A stretch of DNA of 64,000 nucleotides from assembly GCA_963748095.1 (NCBI GenBank), contig CAVVIO010000012.1, positions 23,237 through 87,236 of the forward strand, in the 5' to 3' direction. The notes under the pieces were generated by a model. That model was given only the letters and a program-made list of their open reading frames with translations, had not been told where the DNA came from and searched no databases. The stretch is from an uncultured Bacteroidales bacterium (GTDB lineage: Bacteria; Bacteroidota; Bacteroidia; Bacteroidales; UBA10428). Both the position numbers and the translations under genes were made by a program. Of this stretch, positions 57,542-64,000 are shown piece after piece (within the stretch, counting starts at the first letter, position 1; every line of letters begins with the position of its first letter).

Positions 57542-57638
57542 TATAATTATTTTATTAATTAGAGAATTTCATATTAATAAAATATAAATTAATTATTACT
57601 GAGAAAACATACCCATAACCCCACCTGTCTTTATGCCT

Positions 57639-57790
57639 AAATGTAAAAGATAATCCGGTAAAAAGCAAATCATTTTTATGAATGTTCCTGTTTATAAAAG
57701 GTGACAGGGTGACGGGTAACAATGTGACAATGTTTTTTGTGTGGATGAAGGTTCTTCGTGTCGTTTTAGCCGTTGTTTTTTGAATGATTG
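57639..57790. repeat. dispersed intergenic repeat, copy A
   Basis: It shares AAATGTAAAAGATAATCCGG...AAGGTGACAGGGTGACGGGTAACAATGTGACAATGTTTTTTGTG..ATGAAGGTTC with 63065-63187 in the same orientation. Copy A has a ~20-nt insertion. Confidence 0.75.
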
Positions 57791-57830
57791 GGATTGCGAA
57801 CCTGAATCAGCAGGAAGGCTGAAACAGTCC

Positions 57831-57871
57831 AAAAATAAAAAAGGTCCAGGCTAAACTTCGTTAAGCCTGAA
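57831..57871 (-). terminator. putative terminator hairpin downstream of the 57929..58297 gene
   Basis: An imperfect 8-bp stem (TCCAGGCT/AGCCTGAA) is flanked by A-rich (57831-57842) and T-rich (57876-57889) runs. Confidence 0.4.
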
Positions 57872-57928
57872 CCAGTTTTTTGTTTTTTTACAATCTTGGA
57901 CTATACGGGGCCGTCTTACGTTTTTATT

Positions 57929-58297
57929 TTATGGATATTCGAATCCAAATTTAAACTTTATCAAATATCCGTTCTTAAATTCGTAATCTGCAAAATATAT
58001 CGGCATATTATATCTTTTAAGAAAGTCAGAAGAATTAAAATCATCAATTTTATAATGGTAAATAATCGTTTTATTAGTAGAAATAATACTATCAGGTTCT
58101 CCTTTAAGTGATTTAAGGTCTCCAACAGTTATGCCTAATTTAATATTACTTTCTGTTATAAATTCTTTATCATCAGTTGCTCTTAGTTCCCTATCAAGTT
58201 TATTGTTATATGAAATTTCGAATTCTGAGAACTCATTTTTCATACCTCCTGGATGAAAATAAACTTTAAGTAGTTGTTTTTTATCTTTAGACAACAC
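57929..58297 (-). CDS. hypothetical lipoprotein, 3' fragment. The gene appears to start at 58573 and is interrupted twice.
   Basis: Upstream at 58573-58457 the same frame encodes MKINVFFFALLILVNMISC-KS (lipobox). The stretch 58455-58300 is open only in another frame. Confidence 0.45.
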   Translation of the reverse strand: MLSKDKKQLLKVYFHPGGMKNEFSEFEISYNNKLDRELRATDDKEFITESNIKLGITVGDLKSLKGEPDSIISTNKTIIYHYKIDDFNSSDFLKRYNMPIYFADYEFKNGYLIKFKFGFEYP

Positions 58298-58729
58298 TTC
58301 GCGGCAGATAAACCACTATCGGTCAGTCTGTCCATAATATCAGCACCTAAATAGTCTGAAATATTTTCTGTACTATTTAATCTAATTTTTCCAATCACAG
58401 TATCAGGATGAAAAACATGTTTTAGGGAATCGGCTTTTTGAGTAAACCCAATATGTTCATATTTCTTCAGGATTTGGAATTAATTCCTTTTGTCCATTTC
58501 TGGCTGTTGTTGATTTACATGAAATCATATTAACGAGAATCAATAATGCAAAGAAGAACACATTTATTTTCATATCATTTTTTAATAATTATCATCCTTT
58601 TGCAGAGGCTCTTATTGAATGCAGCGAATGTAAACCATATGTGTAATAGCGAATGTGTTGTGCTCGCGGGTGCGAGCTATTACATATTTGCGATGTTGTG
58701 CATTGAAACATTTTTTAATGAGTTTAAAA

Positions 58730-59155
58730 TTAATAATCGAGTCCTTTAAAAAATCTACCTGTTTGTAAAACTCTTTGTCCTTTTAATCCAATCACTATCA
58801 ATAAAAAGAATACAAATATAAAATACCAAAAAATTGGAAATAAGATTCCCCCAATTATTCCAATTAATTCATAATACCCTTTAATCAGAATTAGCAATAA
58901 GTTAATAAATATATCAATTACAAGAACATATAACATTATTCTTTTTGATTGCTTTATCAGGTTAGCTCTCTGTTTGTCAAAATCCAGATTTACTTTTTCT
59001 TTATTTTTTTCATCTCCATAAATTAAACTCTTTTTTTGGTTTTCATTAATTTTTCTGACTTTATCATTTACATAAAATACAAGAAATAGTCCATAGAATG
59101 AACATAATATTACAATAGAGTCAAATAATAATCCATATTTATCTGAAAAATCCAT
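58730..59155 (-). CDS. small membrane protein, hypothetical
   Basis: 141 aa with one N-terminal and two or three C-terminal TM helices around a Lys-rich loop. I did not recognise a family. Confidence 0.45.
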   Translation of the reverse strand: MDFSDKYGLLFDSIVILCSFYGLFLVFYVNDKVRKINENQKKSLIYGDEKNKEKVNLDFDKQRANLIKQSKRIMLYVLVIDIFINLLLILIKGYYELIGIIGGILFPIFWYFIFVFFLLIVIGLKGQRVLQTGRFFKGLDY

Positions 59156-59369
59156 TTATCTTGGTTTTATTTATTTGCAAATGCATAAAATACGCATAAC
59201 CACACCTTTCTTTATGGTGACTTTCCTAATATCTTTATCAGCGCTATCGCGGAGCAAGGTCAGTTTACAATGTACTTTTTTACGCTCCACAAACCAACCA
59301 AAAACCTCTGTAAACCGCATACACGTGACCATTTATTAGCGCTGGCAATTTTATTATACAATTGTTTTT

Positions 59370-59885
59370 TCAATCATCCGGTTTCAAATCCTTTTTATAA
59401 TTAATCCATTTATCTGCAACCTTATCCTCTCCATAAAAATAGTCAACTTGAGAATCTTTTACGAAAATCTCATTACGAGGGGCAATGTTTATTTTTCCGG
59501 AATCAGGATATTCACATACATCCATTTCTCTAACCGTTTTGATATCCAAATAGGTGCATGGTATCGTATTGTGATTGTAAAATTGATGCGCACTGGTTTC
59601 ACCCATCTCGAAAAATATCAAATCACCTTTATTTAAAATTTTAAACCCATCGATTGTCCGCATTGTCATTGAACCTGAAAGAATCAAAACTAATTCCTCC
59701 ACATTTCGATGAAAGTGGTATGGAAATGAATATTGTTCCGGCGGAAGCGTTCTGTAATCGAAAACAAGATGTTTAGAGTCCACAACTTTATACAATCGTG
59801 GCATCACTGTTTGAAGCCTGAAGTTATCAATTGTACCAGAATCTTCCTGAAAGCTTAATTCCGGCTGTTTAAATATCTTTGGCAT
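59370..59885 (-). CDS. cupin domain protein
   Basis: The double His motif region FPYHFHRNVEELVLILSGSMTM...GETSAHQFYN is typical of the cupin_2 fold. Confidence 0.7.
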   Translation of the reverse strand: MPKIFKQPELSFQEDSGTIDNFRLQTVMPRLYKVVDSKHLVFDYRTLPPEQYSFPYHFHRNVEELVLILSGSMTMRTIDGFKILNKGDLIFFEMGETSAHQFYNHNTIPCTYLDIKTVREMDVCEYPDSGKINIAPRNEIFVKDSQVDYFYGEDKVADKWINYKKDLKPDD

Positions 59886-59912
59886 TGTCTTAAATAGTTA
59901 AAAGTACACGTT

Positions 59913-60542
59913 TTATTTATCTGTTAAAATCTTAATTCCAATTCCTATAAATAGTATACCACTCATTTTTTGCATGATTTTTCCTATTTTATCATTATTT
60001 CTTAAAGTCCTTGTAATCATAGATGCAGAATAAGCAAGAACCAAACACCAAATTGTTCCGGTTGTCATAAACGTCACACCTAAAATTAAAAACGGAATCG
60101 GTCCGTTTGCATATTGAGGATTTATAAACTGGGGTAAAAGTGAAAGAAAAAACAATGCCACTTTTGGATTTAAAACATTAGTCAACAATCCTTGTCGGTA
60201 TATTTTAAATAAATCTGTTGTTTCAATCTTTTGTGTTTTATTATCAAACAGGTTATTTCTTTCAATTATCATTTTTATACCAAGATAGACTAAATAGGCA
60301 ACCCCAATATATTTAATCATATTAAATGCAAATGCCGATTTAGCCAATACAATAGATAATCCAAAAGCTGCTAATGTTGTATGAATCAATCCGCCGGTTG
60401 TAATTCCCAGAACAGAATAAACTCCTGCTCTGCGACCCTGAGTGATACTTCGTGTTAAAATATACATTGTATCGACTCCCGGAGTTAAATTTAATAGTAC
60501 TCCGGCAATAATAAAACCTAAATAATTTTCAATTCCATACAT
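59913..60542 (-). CDS. LysE/RhtB family amino-acid exporter
   Basis: 209 aa with six TM helices. The N-terminal LNLTPGVDTMYILTRSITQGRRAG motif is present. Confidence 0.85.
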   Translation of the reverse strand: MYGIENYLGFIIAGVLLNLTPGVDTMYILTRSITQGRRAGVYSVLGITTGGLIHTTLAAFGLSIVLAKSAFAFNMIKYIGVAYLVYLGIKMIIERNNLFDNKTQKIETTDLFKIYRQGLLTNVLNPKVALFFLSLLPQFINPQYANGPIPFLILGVTFMTTGTIWCLVLAYSASMITRTLRNNDKIGKIMQKMSGILFIGIGIKILTDK

Positions 60543-60668
60543 TGTTTTCTGATTTAAAATGCAAGATAATCATTGTTTTTGAAAAATAATTGGTAGCTAA
60601 TTTGTTGCTTTGCGTTAACATACGCAAAACCATAGGACGTGAATTTCCAAACCTGACTAAAGACAGAA

Positions 60669-62909
60669 TCAGATACCTTGCTTATATTGAGTATTAATTG
60701 TTGGATGAATCATGTGATTGAGTTGCTGTGATGAATCAGCATTTGCACTTAAGTGGTTTTTAAATAGCTTAATTACGCTTGCTTTATCCAGCTCCATTTT
60801 GGTTTCGGTTTTTATATTCCTTAAATCAATGAAAAAACCGGAATATAGCTTTGGCTGATCCTTAACAATAGCTGTATTCAATAAATTCACTGCATTATAT
60901 ACAGTATGATAGTTTCCTTTTGTTTTGCTGATAATGAAAGTGTCATCTCTCAAATTTGTAATTGTAGCATGCTTCTCACATTGCTGAACACAGCTATCAT
61001 CTATTTTATTTTTTTTACATCCGGTTACCTGGTGAAACAAACATTGTCTGCTCGTCATTAATTCGACAGGGTGATAAATACTACAGTACAATTTGAAATC
61101 CTCAGGTATTTTAACCGATATCCGCTGTTCTTTACTTATTTCATTTGAAAGAAATGCACCATAACAGTTGAAATTTTCTTTTAAACACAGCAGGCTATAG
61201 GAATTCGCAATATTAAGGCTGGGCCCGGCTATCCAGGAAATTCCTTTTTGATACGCCTCAAAAGCTATTCCTGTATTGTTGGTTACTATACGTTTTGGAT
61301 GCACCTGATCAAGAAATTCTACCGCTGTCTTATAGTCATCACCTATTAATATGGAAGGAAACCAGGGTGTTAGTTTAATGTTCTTTTTAAAAAGATCTAT
61401 AAATCCGGCAATCTCATTTTTGAAACTATTCGGAAGCTGAAAATAAACATCTACCGAGGTATCATTACAAATGCCAATATCTTCATGTGAAGATATCAAT
61501 ACTGAAAGAGCAGGCTTATTTGTGTCCTTATGTTTCTTTAAAACCGGAATATTTACGGGTGCAATCACTTCTCGTGAACCATTCAATATGAATAATAATC
61601 TTTTTTTTATTGAAGTGAGTTCTTTAAAGGGCAGATAAAGCCCTTTGTCAAGGAAAAGCTCCATATTCTTTATGAAATATTCCGTATCATTTATTGCTTT
61701 CAGTCTTTTAAGTATCATCTTGTAATCCAAGGCTTCCGTACCAACATCGACCAGATTAACAGCTGAGAGCACATGAAATGATAGTTCCGGTGATTTTACA
61801 GATACTTTTAACGGAGCGCCACACTTCCCCGTAATACTTATTATTAAAGGAATCTTGGCTGTATCAAATTGTTCTGTTTCATTTTTAATATACGTTCTGA
61901 GATTTTCTTTTTCTTCAATAAGTTCCATTTGGCCCTTCATCCTATTATCATTCGAAGAATAATCATTAACCTTCGAAAGGTGTTTGGTGGAATGGCTCAT
62001 CGGATTATCAATAAACATGTCCCGGTTAATATCTCCCATTAAATATCCATTTGAGAAATCGCGGTTAAATACCTTGTATAGATCACTGTTGTCGTTAGTC
62101 AGGCTGTTTTTCTCATAAAACTGGGAAATCTGTTTTTTCCAGGAATTCACCACCCTATACACGTATTCAAACTCTTTAATCCGGCCTTCAATCTTTAGTG
62201 AGTCAACCCCTGCATCATACAATTCTTTTAAATCAAAAAAAGCTGAATTATCTTTAAGATTAAGCGGGTAGTCTTTACCTGCAGGAGTCTTTACATATTT
62301 ATCCCTGCATGGCTGACTGCACCTGCCACGATTTCCGGAGTTTCCTCCATGTACAGAACTCATATAGCAGATACCTGAAAAAGAAATACAATAGGAACCA
62401 TGAACAAATACTTCGGTTAGGACACTGTTTTTATGTGCCACAGCAGTCAATGCTTTAATTTCATGAATATTTAGCTCTCTTGACAGATTAACCCGCTCAG
62501 CATTCAGTTGACTTAAAAACTGAATCTGACCCTGATTATGAGTCGTGAGTTGTGTGGACGCGTGTACTTTAATCCCCTTGAAGTATTTAGATAACAGATA
62601 GAATAACCCTAAATCCTGAACAATCACACCATCTATAGTTGTATTAACTAATCTGTTTAGCAACTTTATAAGAGCAGGAATTTCACTATCCACTATAATG
62701 ATATTGAGGGTTAGAAAAACTTTGCAACTGTTTTTATGTGCTAGTCTTAAAATTCCCTGTAAATCATCGAAGCTGATATTTGCAGCCCGGTTTCTCGCAT
62801 TAAATTTATTCAGGCCACAGTAAACAGCATCTGCACCGGCAAGAACAGCAGCTTTTATAGAATCAATATCTCCCCCAGGTGATAGCAATTCAATTTTCCT
62901 TTTCATCAT
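60669..62909 (-). CDS. U32 family peptidase-like protein (long form)
   Basis: The N-terminal ELLSPGGDIDSIKAAVLAGADAVYCGL..FNAR and the Cys-rich E.FVHGS.CISFSGICY...R.CSQPCR motifs are characteristic of U32. Confidence 0.8.
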   Translation of the reverse strand: MMKRKIELLSPGGDIDSIKAAVLAGADAVYCGLNKFNARNRAANISFDDLQGILRLAHKNSCKVFLTLNIIIVDSEIPALIKLLNRLVNTTIDGVIVQDLGLFYLLSKYFKGIKVHASTQLTTHNQGQIQFLSQLNAERVNLSRELNIHEIKALTAVAHKNSVLTEVFVHGSYCISFSGICYMSSVHGGNSGNRGRCSQPCRDKYVKTPAGKDYPLNLKDNSAFFDLKELYDAGVDSLKIEGRIKEFEYVYRVVNSWKKQISQFYEKNSLTNDNSDLYKVFNRDFSNGYLMGDINRDMFIDNPMSHSTKHLSKVNDYSSNDNRMKGQMELIEEKENLRTYIKNETEQFDTAKIPLIISITGKCGAPLKVSVKSPELSFHVLSAVNLVDVGTEALDYKMILKRLKAINDTEYFIKNMELFLDKGLYLPFKELTSIKKRLLFILNGSREVIAPVNIPVLKKHKDTNKPALSVLISSHEDIGICNDTSVDVYFQLPNSFKNEIAGFIDLFKKNIKLTPWFPSILIGDDYKTAVEFLDQVHPKRIVTNNTGIAFEAYQKGISWIAGPSLNIANSYSLLCLKENFNCYGAFLSNEISKEQRISVKIPEDFKLYCSIYHPVELMTSRQCLFHQVTGCKKNKIDDSCVQQCEKHATITNLRDDTFIISKTKGNYHTVYNAVNLLNTAIVKDQPKLYSGFFIDLRNIKTETKMELDKASVIKLFKNHLSANADSSQQLNHMIHPTINTQYKQGI

Positions 62910-63064
62910 TCTTCAGTGTGAAGTATTTAGTTATAACTTATGTAAAAACACTCCCAGTGCATAAGGATGTCTTTATGGTTATTATAGTGCATGAATTTTT
63001 TTTGTAACAATCCGATGTGCCGGTTACCTTTCTTTAACAATTACCAACTACCCGCAAAGTAAAT

Positions 63065-63187
63065 AAATGTAAAGGATAATCCGGGAAAAATCAAATTTTT
63101 TTTGAGGTGAAAGGGTGACGGGTAACAATGTAACAAAGTTTCTTGTGCAAATGAAGGTTCGCTTCGATTTGATGATTGTTTTTTTAT
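63065..63187. repeat. dispersed intergenic repeat, copy B
   Basis: See copy A (57639-57790). This copy lies ~155-280 nt upstream of the U32 gene start. Confidence 0.75.
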
Positions 63188-63218
63188 TCTGGAACAAAGA
63201 ATTCTCAGTTATTAATCA

Positions 63219-63560
63219 TTATCTCTTAATGATCTTATACACATAATTATCACCGCCGGAATTTATTCTGAAAAGATATATTCCTTCCGGATATGTTGTA
63301 AGATCAATAATTAGGTGTTGACTTCCTGAACGAGAAGTGATTGTTTTAAGCAGATTACCACGGCTGTCAACCACTTCGACCAGGATATCATGTTTCATCC
63401 CTTCAGGAAGAAGGATATCAAATCTATCATTACCGGGATTTGGATATACCATTATATTCTTAAATTCAGGTGAACCCGGAAGGTCCGAATAACAGGAATC
63501 AGCTGTACTGATGATAGCTGTAACAGGTATTCTTTCCTGTGTGGCACAATCATTATACAC
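63219..63560 (-). CDS. C-terminal part of a T9SS-secreted protein (type-A Por sorting domain). The ORF actually continues upstream to ~63790 in this frame.
   Basis: VYPNPGNDRFDILLP......VVDSRGNLL............L..YPEGIYLFRI......YVYKIIKR is a classical T9SS CTD. An upstream ...GGARCGQGEVTLEA... Ig-like repeat is in the same frame. Confidence 0.8.
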   Translation of the reverse strand: MYNDCATQERIPVTAIISTADSCYSDLPGSPEFKNIMVYPNPGNDRFDILLPEGMKHDILVEVVDSRGNLLKTITSRSGSQHLIIDLTTYPEGIYLFRINSGGDNYVYKIIKR

Positions 63561-63676
63561 GGCTTCGACATAATACGTGGTGGTACTGTCGAGAACCGGC
63601 GTGGTAAAACTGTTACCACTGGCAATAGCCGTATCTCCTGAAATATCCGTATACCAGTTGATAATACCCGGATCGG

Positions 63677-63991
63677 CTATTGCTTCCAGGGTAACCTCTC
63701 CCTGTCCGCAGCGGGCTCCACCGGAAGTTGAAGTAATAAAGGCGGATCGGTTTGTGTGAAAGTATCTATGCGGGAATACCAGTATACAGAACCATCATAA
63801 GCATCCTGAGCAAAAATAAACCATTCTGGTTCAGGTTTAAAGACTTCAATAATATAACGATTACTTGTCGCCCAATCATAAGAACTATAATCATTAAGTA
63901 GACCGTCAATTTTAAATTTACTATATATTACAATTTTACAATTATGATAAGAAATCATTATAATACTGTCTTTTTTCGGCACACGTATCAT
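63677..63991 (-). CDS. upstream fragment of the same T9SS-secreted protein (different frame; the 5' end lies beyond the window)
   Basis: The reading ...DAYDGSVYWYSRIDTFTQTDPP joins the ...ITSTSGGARCGQG frame near 63725-63750. Confidence 0.4.
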   Translation of the reverse strand: MIRVPKKDSIIMISYHNCKIVIYSKFKIDGLLNDYSSYDWATSNRYIIEVFKPEPEWFIFAQDAYDGSVYWYSRIDTFTQTDPPLLLQLPVEPAADRERLPWKQ

Positions 63992-64000
63992 TAGTACAGA

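Noticed and set aside
57896-58749. Plus-strand small ORFs 57896..58111 and 58546..58749, and the imperfect hairpin at ~58633-58690, considered as genes or a terminator
   Set aside because: The ORFs are antisense to, or overlap, the interrupted lipoprotein gene. The hairpin has bulges and lacks a T-run on the relevant strand.

Overview
This is a 64-kb chromosomal segment from a low-GC genome of Bacteroidota type. The assignment rests on type-A and type-B T9SS C-terminal sorting domains, PorP/SprF, many lipobox lipoproteins and TAnnTTTG -7 promoter boxes. All family names come from motif recognition by eye; no searches were run. Most of the window is housekeeping and envelope or glycan genes. 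These include an M48 protease, fabG, sucD, amt, purL, a GH13 enzyme, gdhA, deoC, GH92, GH20-like and polysaccharide-lyase-like genes, an HGSNAT-like acyltransferase, a U32 peptidase and a LysE exporter. There is also a ~1450-aa PKD-repeat T9SS cargo protein placed divergently from a PorP/SprF-OmpA pair. There is one tRNA-Lys(CTT). I saw no rRNA, CRISPR, transposase, integrase or phage genes. The candidates worth a second look are: (1) a signalling trio without a histidine kinase at 21.2-27.2 kb, made of a MarR-like gene, a 1537-aa protein (four tandem sensor-like modules, two receivers, a PEP-utilising-type ATP-grasp domain) and a LuxR regulator whose receiver lacks the phospho-acceptor Asp; (2) a SiaB/SiaC/SiaA-like partner-switching module at 45.2-48.6 kb with a duplicated kinase, a repeat-rich phosphatase and no diguanylate cyclase; (3) a perfectly phased array of 17 x 21 bp inside a 1-kb gene-free, palindrome-rich region at 52.1-53.1 kb; (4) an XRE-S24 regulator next to a membrane C39-like peptidase, with two perfect 17-bp palindromes of shared consensus; (5) dispersed intergenic repeats at 49.6, 57.6 and 63.1 kb. 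I also found at least 17 reading-frame interruptions in 10 otherwise conserved genes. These mean either an indel-rich assembly or real gene decay, and they limit how far every ORF boundary here can be trusted.
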